Position numbers and translations under genes: made by a program. Below the pieces are notes generated by a model. It was not told where the DNA came from. It saw only the letters and a list, made by a program, of their open reading frames with translations, and did not search any database. Shown here one piece after another: positions 8,576 to 17,417 of a DNA stretch of 64,000 nt. Numbering within the stretch: position 1 is the first letter of the stretch; each line of letters opens with the position of its first letter. This DNA comes from Candidatus Pullichristensenella stercorigallinarum (GTDB taxonomy: Bacteria > Bacillota > Clostridia > Christensenellales > Aristaeellaceae): positions 3,034 to 67,033 of the forward strand of contig DVFZ01000085.1 in the NCBI GenBank assembly GCA_018712945.1. Direction: 5' to 3'.

Positions 8576-11131
8576 ATGAAAAAAAGCAAGAGGCGCTCTA
8601 CTCGGGCACGAATCAAGCGCGTGCTGGTTGGCATGCGCCTTAATTTAATTGCCTTTGCCGTGCTGATCGTGCTTTCGGTGGTTGGCATGTGGCTCATCCG
8701 CTCTACCCTGTTTCATAACGCCTGGGAAACGGGCACGGCGCTAGCCAACAACTATGCGGCGGAGGAGCAGAGCGCACTTACCGTTTATGAAACATTGCTT
8801 AACTTTGGCACCGCCTCCATTGATAAGCGTGTGGAATCCGGGGAGAGCCGGGAGGAAATTCTCGAATGGATGGACATTTATTTTGAACGCTTGACAACTG
8901 TGCTGGGGGAAGGGGCTGTGGATCCCTATGCAGTGATCGACGGTCAGATTCTTGCCGCCAACCCATGGGATGGCGATGCTACGTACGATCTTTTTGCCAC
9001 CGAATGGTATCAGAAAGCAATTGAGGCGAATGGAAAAGTAGTCTTTACCGACCTGTATATTGACGCGATTTACGGCACTCCTGTGATTACCATCGCGCAA
9101 AAGTGCGAACACAATGATAATCTCCTGGCTTTTGATATCCTGCCGGAAAACATACGGTTGCAAGCGGACAACATGATGCTTGAGGACGGCGATTCCTTTT
9201 TCCTGTGCGATAGCCGGGGGCAGATCATTTATTGCAATACCGAGATGGACAATTCCACGGAGGAAATCCAGGCATATCTCAACGACTTGATTGCGCGCAT
9301 CAATGCCGGGGAAATGGAGGGCAGCGCCGCCAGCGTCCGCGATACGGACGGGAACATGCGCTCCGTCTATTATGCGCGCCTGGACAATGGCTGGTTTTCC
9401 ATTGTTACCATTCTGCATTCGAATATACTGGGCAATTTTGCCCGCCTCACGCGCCTCTTGGGGTTGCTGATCGCCATGTTTCTGATTTTCCTTGCCGCCA
9501 TAACGTGGCGGGATATGCGCATTGGCGAGCGCATCGAGCGCACCAACGAAACCGTGCGCGTGTTGGGCAATTCCTATTATGCCCTCTACCGCGTGGATTA
9601 TGGCGCGGATACCTATGAGATGATCAAGGGTTCGGATTATGTGCGCGACCGCATTCCGCCTTCCGGCCCCTATGAGGACCTTCTGCGCACGGCGGGAGAG
9701 GTCGTCGAACCGGAAGCCTACAAGGATTTCCTGGAGAGCTTTTCTTCGGAAAACATCCGCACCCTCGTCGCCAAGCGCGTGCGTAACTTTGGCGGGGATT
9801 TCCTCCGGCGCTTTGGGGAGGAAATGCGCTGGGTCAGCGTGCGTATACTCTTTGATGAATCGCTGGCCCCGGAGGAGGTTGTGCTCTGCTTCCAGGAAGT
9901 GGAGGAGGAAAAACAGCGCGAACTGCGCCAGCGCCGCCTGCTGGAAAACGCCCTGGAAATCGCTCAGCAAAACGAGACATCCAAACAGAGCTTTTTCAGC
10001 AATATGTCCCACGACATGCGCACGCCGCTTAACGCCATTATCGGCTTGTCCAACCTGGCCGGGCAACATGTAAATGATCCGGAAAAGGTGTCCGGCTATC
10101 TGGAAAAGATCAATTTTTCCAGCCGTCAGCTTCTGGGGCTTATCAACGATATACTTGATATGTCCCGCATGGAACAGGGCAAGCTGGTGCTTACCAATCG
10201 TGAGTTCGACCTGCGCAAGTGCGTGGAGGAATGCGTGGAAACCTTCCGCTTCCAGGCGGAGGCGGGCCGCAAAACGCTTGACCTTGCAATCGACCTGCGC
10301 GATCCCATGGTGTTGGGCGACCCCTTCCGCATCGGTCAGGTGCTGAACAACCTGCTCTCCAATGCCGTCAAGTTTACCCGGGAAGGCGATTCCATCAGCG
10401 TCTCCGTTGCGCAAATGGAGCCGGAATCCAGCGACTACGGCAAATACCGGCTGGTGATCGCCGATACCGGCATCGGCATGTCCAAAGACTACTTGCCGCA
10501 TCTTTTCGAGCCATACAGCCGTGAAATGCGCTTTGGCGAGCGGCAGGCGGTGGGCACCGGTTTGGGCATGCCCATCACCCAAAGCATCGTCACACAGATG
10601 AATGGCGAAATCCACGTGGAAAGCGAGCCGGGCCAGGGAACGACCTTTACCATCATCTTGCCCTTTGTCATCGTGCGCGCGCCCGAGGCCGAAAGGCCGC
10701 AGGCCGTCGCGGAACGCGATTTTTCGCTTGAAGGCCGCCGCATCTTGCTGGCGGAGGACAACGAAGTCAATATGGAGATTACCACCGAGATTTTGGACAT
10801 GAACGGCGTGCGCGTCACGCAGGCCTGGAATGGCGAAGAGGCGCTCGCGCGTTTTCAGGAATCGGAGCCCTTCGCCTTCGACGCAATCCTGATGGACATG
10901 CAAATGCCGGTGATGGACGGTTGCGAGGCCGCCCGGAGAATACGCGCCCTGCGCCGTCCGGACGCGCGCGCGGTGCCCATCATCGCTGTGACCGCGAACG
11001 CCTTTGCCGAGGATGTGGCCGCGACCACCGCCGCCGGCATGGACGCGCACGTGTCCAAACCCATTGATTTTGCGCATCTTGTCAAGGTTTTGCGCGCGCT
11101 CGTCTGCAAGGAAGATGAAAGCGGCGGTTGA
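8576..11131 (+). CDS. hybrid sensor histidine kinase/response regulator with extracytoplasmic Cache-like sensor
   Basis: Two TM segments flank a loop of about 270 aa. H-box FFSNMSHDMRTPLNAI, N/G boxes (NLLSNAVKFT, DTGIGM, GTGLGM), and a C-terminal receiver (ILLAEDNEVN, LMDMQMPVMDG). Confidence 0.95.
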   Translation: MKKSKRRSTRARIKRVLVGMRLNLIAFAVLIVLSVVGMWLIRSTLFHNAWETGTALANNYAAEEQSALTVYETLLNFGTASIDKRVESGESREEILEWMDIYFERLTTVLGEGAVDPYAVIDGQILAANPWDGDATYDLFATEWYQKAIEANGKVVFTDLYIDAIYGTPVITIAQKCEHNDNLLAFDILPENIRLQADNMMLEDGDSFFLCDSRGQIIYCNTEMDNSTEEIQAYLNDLIARINAGEMEGSAASVRDTDGNMRSVYYARLDNGWFSIVTILHSNILGNFARLTRLLGLLIAMFLIFLAAITWRDMRIGERIERTNETVRVLGNSYYALYRVDYGADTYEMIKGSDYVRDRIPPSGPYEDLLRTAGEVVEPEAYKDFLESFSSENIRTLVAKRVRNFGGDFLRRFGEEMRWVSVRILFDESLAPEEVVLCFQEVEEEKQRELRQRRLLENALEIAQQNETSKQSFFSNMSHDMRTPLNAIIGLSNLAGQHVNDPEKVSGYLEKINFSSRQLLGLINDILDMSRMEQGKLVLTNREFDLRKCVEECVETFRFQAEAGRKTLDLAIDLRDPMVLGDPFRIGQVLNNLLSNAVKFTREGDSISVSVAQMEPESSDYGKYRLVIADTGIGMSKDYLPHLFEPYSREMRFGERQAVGTGLGMPITQSIVTQMNGEIHVESEPGQGTTFTIILPFVIVRAPEAERPQAVAERDFSLEGRRILLAEDNEVNMEITTEILDMNGVRVTQAWNGEEALARFQESEPFAFDAILMDMQMPVMDGCEAARRIRALRRPDARAVPIIAVTANAFAEDVAATTAAGMDAHVSKPIDFAHLVKVLRALVCKEDESGG

Positions 11132-11175
11132 GCGCGCTGGATGGACGATCATCAAAAAGGAATGGAGGTATCCAC

Positions 11176-11784
11176 ATGCAAAAGAGCGTCATCACCATCA
11201 GCCGCGAATTTGGCAGCGGCGGCCGGACCATCGGCCGCATCGTGGCGGAAAAGCTGGGCTTCGCTTTCTACGATCAGGATTTGATCCTCAAGGTCGCCAA
11301 GGAGAGTGGGCTGGCCGAGCAGATCGTGGAAAAGTACGACGAATACGCCACCCACAAAAACAGCCTGCTCTATGCTTTGGCCCTGAGCGCAGGGGCCGGT
11401 GCGGGCGGCACGCTCTCCTTCGTCAGCAGGGTGCAGCAGGCGCAGGCCAAGATCATTACCGAGCTTGCCAACAAGGGTTCCTGCGTCATCGTCGGCCGCG
11501 GCGGCGATTACATACTGCGCGGCCGGGAGGATTGCCTCCACGCCTTTATCCATGCGGATATGCAGTTCCGCGCCGAGCGCGTGGTGCGCCTTTACGGCGA
11601 TAATGGCCAGAAGCCTGAACAGCGCCTGCGCGACAAGGACGAGCGGCGCAAGCTCTACTACCGTTCCTTCACCATGCGCGAATGGGGCGATATGCACAAC
11701 TACCATATCGCGCTGGACAGCGGCGCGCTGGGCATGGAAACCTGCGTTGACATCCTCGTCGCCCTTGCCAAGGGCGGGCAATAG
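11176..11784 (+). CDS. cytidylate kinase-like family P-loop protein
   Basis: ATG after GGAGGT. The N-terminus ITISREFGSGGRTIGRIVAEKLG is typical of the CMP-kinase-like family. Confidence 0.75.
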   Translation: MQKSVITISREFGSGGRTIGRIVAEKLGFAFYDQDLILKVAKESGLAEQIVEKYDEYATHKNSLLYALALSAGAGAGGTLSFVSRVQQAQAKIITELANKGSCVIVGRGGDYILRGREDCLHAFIHADMQFRAERVVRLYGDNGQKPEQRLRDKDERRKLYYRSFTMREWGDMHNYHIALDSGALGMETCVDILVALAKGGQ

Positions 11785-11802
11785 CTCAAAATTGAAAACT
11801 TC

Positions 11803-11832
11803 GCGGAGCGCTTCCTACGCGGGGCGCTCCGC
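11803..11832 (+). terminator. GC-rich hairpin without clear U-tract (possible attenuator or processing site)
   Basis: 9-bp stem GCGGAGCGC/GCGCTCCGC, followed by AAATTCG. Confidence 0.3.
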
Positions 11833-11853
11833 AAATTCGCAAAGGAGATGCGC

Positions 11854-13380
11854 ATGCGCAACCTGAAGATATTCTATACATCGGATGTTCATGGCTACTT
11901 TTTCCCAACCAACTATGCTTCCACGCAGGAAATGCCTATGGGCCTTTTCAAACTGGAGGCGGCATACGAGCGCGACGGCAACACGCTGGTGATTGATGGC
12001 GGCGATGTATTGCAGGGTTCTCCGTTCGCCGCCTATGCCGCCCGGGAGGGGTTGCGCCCGCATCCCTGCGCGCAGGCGCTGAATCTGGGCGGTTACCAGT
12101 ATGTCACCCTCGGCAATCACGATTTCAATATGGGGCTGGAGGCGTTGGGAACATACCTTGAAGACCTGGAGGCAACCTGCCTGTGCTGCAATATCCGCGA
12201 CCGCGACGGAAGACTGCCCATTCGTCCCTGGACTGTGCATGTGTTGGAAAACGGCCTGCGCGTCGGACTGGTTGGGGCTTGTACGCCCTTTGTGCGGCGC
12301 TGGGAGAAACCGGAAACCGTAGCGCTTCTGGAAATTGACGAACCGCTTGCGGCGATCCGCCGCGCCCTGGCGGAAATGTGCGCACAGGCGGAGGTGGATG
12401 TAAAAGTGCTCATCTACCACGGCGGCTTTGAGTGCGACTTAAAAACGGGGGCGCTGCTTTCCGATTCCGGGGAAAACCAGGCCTGTGCGATCTGCCGGGA
12501 AATGGATTTCGATATCCTGTTGGCCGGGCACCAGCATTTGGCGGTGGCGGGCGTAGACATTTGCGGTACGCGCGCCGCGCAGCCCTCTTCCGGAGCAAAG
12601 TGCTTTGTACAGGTCGATGCCGAAGTGGCGGATAGTGGCGCCCGGAGCGTTACTTCGCGCCTGATGCCGCCGGCGTCTGCGCCGCTGGAAAGCGCCGTAT
12701 GCGCGTTGTCCGCAGTGGAATCGCGCGTACAGGCATGGTTGGATCAGCCTGCCGGCCACCTGGACGTGCCCCTGCCCCCGGGAACACCACTGGAAAACGC
12801 CTTGAACGGCGCGTTGCTAGCCAATTTTGTCAATACCGTGCAACTGGAAGCCTCAGGCGCGGAAATATCCGCCTGTTCCCTGCCCAATGAATTCAAGGGC
12901 ATGGATCGGGCGGTGACCGTGCGCGATGTGGTTTCAACGTATGTCTACGCCAATACGCTCAAAGTATTGCGCATCACCGGCCGCGCCCTGCGCGCCTATG
13001 TGGAGCACACAGCTTCCTATTTTGCGGTGGAGCACGGCGAGGTTTGCGTCAACAGCCGCTTTTTGCGCCCGAAGATCGAACATTATAACTACGACTATTT
13101 TTCCGGCATGGATTATACCATCGACCTGCGCAGGCCCACAGGCGACCGCGTCACTTCCATGCGGCGCGGGGGAAGGGAAATCCTTCCGGATGAGGAACTG
13201 CTCCTGTGCGTCAACAGCTACCGCGCCTCGGGCACCGGCGGCTATGACATGCTGCCCGGCCTTCCCGTGGAGCGGGACATCCAGGCGGATGTAGCCGAAC
13301 TCATCACCCGCTATATTGAGGAAAGACGCGATATTATTGTCGATAAGCACAATTACCTGACGGTGGTCCGTCCGGACTAG
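11854..13380 (+). CDS. bifunctional metallophosphatase/5'-nucleotidase (UshA/YfkN-like), cytoplasmic
   Basis: FYTSDVHGY and GNHDF metallophosphatase motifs with a C-terminal 5'-nucleotidase domain. No signal peptide. The ATG at 11854 is 6 nt after AAAGGAG, and the alternative ATG at 11848 abuts the RBS. Confidence 0.85.
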   Translation: MRNLKIFYTSDVHGYFFPTNYASTQEMPMGLFKLEAAYERDGNTLVIDGGDVLQGSPFAAYAAREGLRPHPCAQALNLGGYQYVTLGNHDFNMGLEALGTYLEDLEATCLCCNIRDRDGRLPIRPWTVHVLENGLRVGLVGACTPFVRRWEKPETVALLEIDEPLAAIRRALAEMCAQAEVDVKVLIYHGGFECDLKTGALLSDSGENQACAICREMDFDILLAGHQHLAVAGVDICGTRAAQPSSGAKCFVQVDAEVADSGARSVTSRLMPPASAPLESAVCALSAVESRVQAWLDQPAGHLDVPLPPGTPLENALNGALLANFVNTVQLEASGAEISACSLPNEFKGMDRAVTVRDVVSTYVYANTLKVLRITGRALRAYVEHTASYFAVEHGEVCVNSRFLRPKIEHYNYDYFSGMDYTIDLRRPTGDRVTSMRRGGREILPDEELLLCVNSYRASGTGGYDMLPGLPVERDIQADVAELITRYIEERRDIIVDKHNYLTVVRPD

Positions 13381-13395
13381 GCCCCTTTGCAAAGT

Positions 13396-13431
13396 GGCGC
13401 AACGGACAACTTTCCGTATGCGCCGTTTTTT
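13396..13431 (+). terminator. intrinsic terminator
   Basis: Interrupted stem of about 11 bp (GGCGCA.ACGGA / TCCGT.TGCGCC) followed by TTTTTT. Confidence 0.8.
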
Positions 13432-13506
13432 ATAATGTTATAACGCAAATAAAGAATAAATTTGTCGTTTTGCAAAATATAAAGCAAATGATTTTTGCAA
13501 CTACCG

Positions 13507-13557
13507 TTGACTTTCTTATGATTCCATGGTAAAATTCTGTTATGGAAATTGTTTCCA
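13507..13557 (+). promoter_or_regulatory. sigma-A promoter plus candidate operator for the sugar ABC operon
   Basis: TTGACT (13507-13512), 17 nt, then TAAAAT (13530-13535). The inverted repeat TGGAAAT-T-GTTTCCA (13543-13557) sits at the predicted transcription start. Confidence 0.55.
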
Positions 13558-13665
13558 ATGCCTGCGTAGCAAGGCTGCCAGGAAAGGCAAGAAACGCTGT
13601 ATTTGTTGCATATACATCCGCGCGAAGGGTGCGGATGAAATAAAAACGGTATGGAGGGTTACAAC

Positions 13666-14658
13666 ATGAAGAAAGTCCTGACTCTGCTTCTGGCGGCTCT
13701 GTTGGTGTTCTCCGGCGTTTCGGCCTTTGCGGAAGGCTGGGAGATCGTCGTCGTTCCCAAGGACGCCTCCAACCCCTGGTTTGTGCGCATGGAGGTAGGC
13801 GTGAATGAATACGCCGAAGCGCACCCTGAAAACACGATCTATCAGCGCGGCACCCCGGAGATTGACGCCACGCTGCAGGCGCAGCTCGTGCAGGATCTGA
13901 TCGCGCAGGGCGTAGACGCCATCTGCGTCGTCCCGGTTGATCCCGAATCGCTGGAGCCGGTGCTTGAGCAGGCCCGCGCCGCCGGCATCGTGGTCATCGC
14001 GCACGAGGGCGCGTCCCTTGAAAATGTGGATTATGACATCGAGGCCTTCAACAATGCTGCCTACGGCGCTTTCATTATGGAAAACCTCGCGCAGGCCATG
14101 GGCGGCGAGGGCGTTTACACCACGATGGTCGCGCATGTGACCAATGCCTCGCACAATGAGTGGGCGGACGGCGGCGTTGCCTATGCCACCGAGAACTACC
14201 CCAACATGAAGCTGCTCGAGGAAGAACCGCGCGTCGAATCCGAGGATAATGGCGATGTGGCCTATAACGTGGCCAAGGAGCTGTTTAACAAGTATCCCGA
14301 CCTCAAGGGCATCATGGGCACTTCCTCCTTCGATGCTCCCGGCGTTGCCCGCGCCATCGAGGAACTGGGCCTGACCGGCAAGGTGTTTACTTCCGGCACT
14401 GGCATGCCCGCCGATAACGCCGAGCTGCTCAAGAGCGGCGCTGTGCAGTCGCTGACCCTGTGGGATCCCGCCCTGGCTGGACAGGCGATGATCGCCCTGG
14501 CCGAGAAGCTCCTTGCTGGCGAGGAAATCACCACGCCTCTGGATCTTGGCGTCGAGGGCTATACGGCGCTTGAGTTCAGAGAGGGCAGCGAAACCGTGCT
14601 TGAGGGCGAAGGCTGGATGGTCATCACCGCCGAGAACGTAGACAGCCTCGGCTTCTAA
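13666..14658 (+). CDS. sugar ABC transporter substrate-binding protein (PBP1 family, LsrB/RbsB-like)
   Basis: ATG after GGAGGG. The signal peptide MKKVLTLLLAALLVFSGVSAFA has no lipobox Cys. Periplasmic-binding-protein type I pattern, followed by ATPase and two permease genes. Confidence 0.85.
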   Translation: MKKVLTLLLAALLVFSGVSAFAEGWEIVVVPKDASNPWFVRMEVGVNEYAEAHPENTIYQRGTPEIDATLQAQLVQDLIAQGVDAICVVPVDPESLEPVLEQARAAGIVVIAHEGASLENVDYDIEAFNNAAYGAFIMENLAQAMGGEGVYTTMVAHVTNASHNEWADGGVAYATENYPNMKLLEEEPRVESEDNGDVAYNVAKELFNKYPDLKGIMGTSSFDAPGVARAIEELGLTGKVFTSGTGMPADNAELLKSGAVQSLTLWDPALAGQAMIALAEKLLAGEEITTPLDLGVEGYTALEFREGSETVLEGEGWMVITAENVDSLGF

Positions 14659-14831
14659 CACAAGCCAGGGAATTTGCGCGGAAGAACGGCTTATCACCGG
14701 CGCGTAGGCGGATGGCGGCAAGGCGGGCATAAAAGCGCCGCGCTGCGCCGCATTGCGCGCCGGGATGAAGCGGGCTTCGCGCAAATCCATAGGGGCGGCC
14801 GAATCAACGCCCCAAATCCCATCCATCCCAT

Positions 14832-14859
14832 CCCTGCCGGTTCTCTGGAACCGGCAGGG
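14832..14859 (+). promoter_or_regulatory. intercistronic stem-loop after the binding-protein gene
   Basis: Perfect 12-bp stem CCCTGCCGGTTC/GAACCGGCAGGG with a 4-nt loop and only a short U stretch. Confidence 0.5.
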
Positions 14860-14894
14860 CTTCCAAATGGGAGACAAACGGAGGTGTCTGTCTC

Positions 14895-16379
14895 ATGGCC
14901 CAGCCCTTGTTGCGCGCTGTGGATATCTGCAAATCCTTTGCCGGTGTGCAGGCCCTGAAAGGTGTGTCGCTGGAAATCCAGCCAGGCGAGATTCACTGCC
15001 TGGCCGGAGAAAACGGCTGCGGAAAGTCCACGCTGATTAAGATCATTTCCGGCGTCTATCAGCAGGATTCCGGCTACATTGAGTTTAACGGAAAACGCTT
15101 TGGCAAGATCACGCCGCGCGACGCCATCGCCAGCGGCATACAGGTCATCTATCAGGATTTTTCCATTTTTCCCAATCTCACAGTCATGGAAAACCTCGCC
15201 CTTAACAGCGAGCTTGCCGATGGCCACAAGCTAGTCAACCGCAAGCGCATGCGCAAAATTGCTGAAGAGGCCATTGCGAAGATCAATTTCGACGTAGAGC
15301 TTGACCGCCTGGTGGGCACGCTTTCGGTTGCGGAAAAGCAAATGGTCGCCATCAGCCGCGCGCTGATGTTTAACGCGCGCCTGATCATTATGGACGAGCC
15401 GACAACAGCCCTGACACGCAAGGAAGTACAGGCGCTGTTCAAGATCATTATGCGCCTCAAGCAGCAGGGCATCGCCATCCTTTTTGTCAGCCACAAGCTC
15501 AACGAGGTGTTTGAAATTTCCGAGCGCTTTACGATTTTCCGCAGCGGTGAGCTGGTCGTAAGCGGCAACACCAGCGACTTGGACGACAAAAAGTTTTCTT
15601 ACTATATGACCGGGCGGGAATTTGAGGACGAACTGTTTACGCCGCAAAACCTGTCCGAAAAGCCGGTTCTGGAGGCGAAGGGCCTCGGCCTGACGGGCTT
15701 TTTCGAGGATATTTCCTTTACGCTGCGCAAAGGCGAGATTCTCGGTATCACCGGTCTTTTGGATTCAGGGCGCACGGAGCTGGCGCTTTCGCTGTTTGGC
15801 ATGCGCCCGGCGGACAAGGGCGCGCTGTATAAGGACGGCGAGGAGATCCACTTAAAAAGCCCGCAGGACGCCATCAAAAACCGCATCGGCTATGTGCCGG
15901 AGGATCGCTTGAGCGAAGGCCTGTTCTTGCCGCGTTCAATCGCGGACAATGTGGTCATCTCCGAAATTGACCGCTTGGCCAGCGGCGTGGGCATTATCGA
16001 CCGCGCAAAGCGCCGCTCGGAGATTTACCGCTGGGTTCGGGACATGGCCATTGCTACGCCCAATCCGGAAAATGCCTGCTCGACGCTTTCCGGTGGTAAC
16101 CAACAGCGCATCGTTCTGGCCAAATGGTTGGCCTGTAATCCGGATGTGCTGGTGCTCAACGGGCCGACCGTGGGCGTGGACATCGGCTCCAAGCACGATA
16201 TCCATGCCATCCTCCAGCGCCTCGCCAACGAGGGCATGGCCATCATCATCATTTCGGACGATCTGCCCGAGGTATTGCAAAACTGCTCGCGTCTGCTGGT
16301 GCTCAAGGCTGGCCGCGTGGCGGCGGAGTTCCTCCCTGCTTCAACCAACGAGCAGGAAGTGCTCTCGCACATGCTCTAA
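14895..16379 (+). CDS. sugar ABC transporter ATP-binding protein (duplicated NBD, RbsA/MglA-like)
   Basis: GENGCGKST Walker A, a second-half LSGGNQQR signature, 494 aa two-domain layout. Confidence 0.9.
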   Translation: MAQPLLRAVDICKSFAGVQALKGVSLEIQPGEIHCLAGENGCGKSTLIKIISGVYQQDSGYIEFNGKRFGKITPRDAIASGIQVIYQDFSIFPNLTVMENLALNSELADGHKLVNRKRMRKIAEEAIAKINFDVELDRLVGTLSVAEKQMVAISRALMFNARLIIMDEPTTALTRKEVQALFKIIMRLKQQGIAILFVSHKLNEVFEISERFTIFRSGELVVSGNTSDLDDKKFSYYMTGREFEDELFTPQNLSEKPVLEAKGLGLTGFFEDISFTLRKGEILGITGLLDSGRTELALSLFGMRPADKGALYKDGEEIHLKSPQDAIKNRIGYVPEDRLSEGLFLPRSIADNVVISEIDRLASGVGIIDRAKRRSEIYRWVRDMAIATPNPENACSTLSGGNQQRIVLAKWLACNPDVLVLNGPTVGVDIGSKHDIHAILQRLANEGMAIIIISDDLPEVLQNCSRLLVLKAGRVAAEFLPASTNEQEVLSHML

Positions 16380-16391
16380 GGAGGGATGGAC

Positions 16392-17417
16392 ATGCAGAGA
16401 TTTTTAAAGAAGCTCTCGCGCCGCAACGAGCCGTACATATTCCTGGTGCTGCTGGTTCTGTGCGTGTTGATTGAAGTCCGCTCCGGGCAGTTTTTCACGC
16501 CCAACAATATCGTTGACAAACTTTCGGCGCTGGTGGTGCCCGGCATTTTCGCGGTCGGCGCGTTCATGGTAATCGTTTCCGGGGGCATGGACGTGTCCTT
16601 CCCGGCGCTGGCTTCCCTGAGCGCCTATGCGACCACCAAAATGTTACTGGATGCGAACTATACGGGCGGGATCTGGCTGCCGATTCTGGTCTCGCTGGCG
16701 ATTGGCGCGGTGCTGGGAGCCTTCAACGGCATTTTCGTCGGCTATTTCGGCCTGCCGGCCTTGATCGTTACCCTCGGATCCTCCAGCGTGTTCAAGGGGT
16801 TTATGCAGGGCACGCTGGCCTCCCGCCAGTTGGCGGTTATCCCCGAGGGTATGGCGGCGTTTGGCCGTTCGGCAATTTTCGTGGCAACCAACCCGGAATC
16901 CGGCCTCACTTCGCGCATGCCCATGGCGTTTCTGGTATTTGTGGCGGTGGTGGCCGTGGCCTGGTTCATCCTTAACCGCACCATGTTCGGCCGTGGCATC
17001 TACGCCATCGGCGGCAATGAGGTCAGCGCCCACCGGGCCGGCTTCAGCGTGCGCAAAACAAAGTTTTGGATGTATGTATTCGTGGGCATGATCGCCAGCC
17101 TCGCCGGGCTGATGCGCACCTGTATGATGACGCAGATGCACCCGACCAACATGCTGGGCATGGAGATGAATATCATCGCCGGCGTGGTGCTGGGCGGCAC
17201 GGCCATCAGCGGCGGCGCGGGCACGCTCACAGGCTGCATGCTGGGCACGCTTTTGATTGTAATTGTGGAAAATTCGATGATCCTTTTGGGCATCCCCACG
17301 GTTTGGAAGAGTGTGTTTGTCGGCGCGTTGATCATCATCGGCACGGGCGTAAGCGCCTTGCAGGTGGCCAGGGCCAATCGTGCCGCCGCCAGGAAAACCG
17401 CAAAGGAGGTGGCCTGA
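16392..17417 (+). CDS. sugar ABC transporter permease (RbsC-like)
   Basis: Multi-pass membrane protein. The ATG at 16392 is 7 nt after GGAGG, and the ATG at 16386 is only 1 nt away from it. Confidence 0.85.
   Translation: MQRFLKKLSRRNEPYIFLVLLVLCVLIEVRSGQFFTPNNIVDKLSALVVPGIFAVGAFMVIVSGGMDVSFPALASLSAYATTKMLLDANYTGGIWLPILVSLAIGAVLGAFNGIFVGYFGLPALIVTLGSSSVFKGFMQGTLASRQLAVIPEGMAAFGRSAIFVATNPESGLTSRMPMAFLVFVAVVAVAWFILNRTMFGRGIYAIGGNEVSAHRAGFSVRKTKFWMYVFVGMIASLAGLMRTCMMTQMHPTNMLGMEMNIIAGVVLGGTAISGGAGTLTGCMLGTLLIVIVENSMILLGIPTVWKSVFVGALIIIGTGVSALQVARANRAAARKTAKEVA

Noticed and set aside
7029-11155. Very long minus-strand ORFs (7029-8576, 515 aa; 8741-11155, 804 aa) antisense to the response regulator, HPt and hybrid kinase genes
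   Set aside because: The plus-strand products carry complete, ordered catalytic motifs and proper RBSs. The antisense translations are Arg/Ala/Gly/His-rich low-complexity strings with no motifs. This is the typical shadow frame of GC3-rich genes.
14805-14832. Short CCATC/CCCATCC repeats (aaatcccatccatcccatccctg) in the SBP-ATPase spacer
   Set aside because: The repeat is too short and irregular to call a repeat element. It is probably incidental sequence flanking the 12-bp hairpin.
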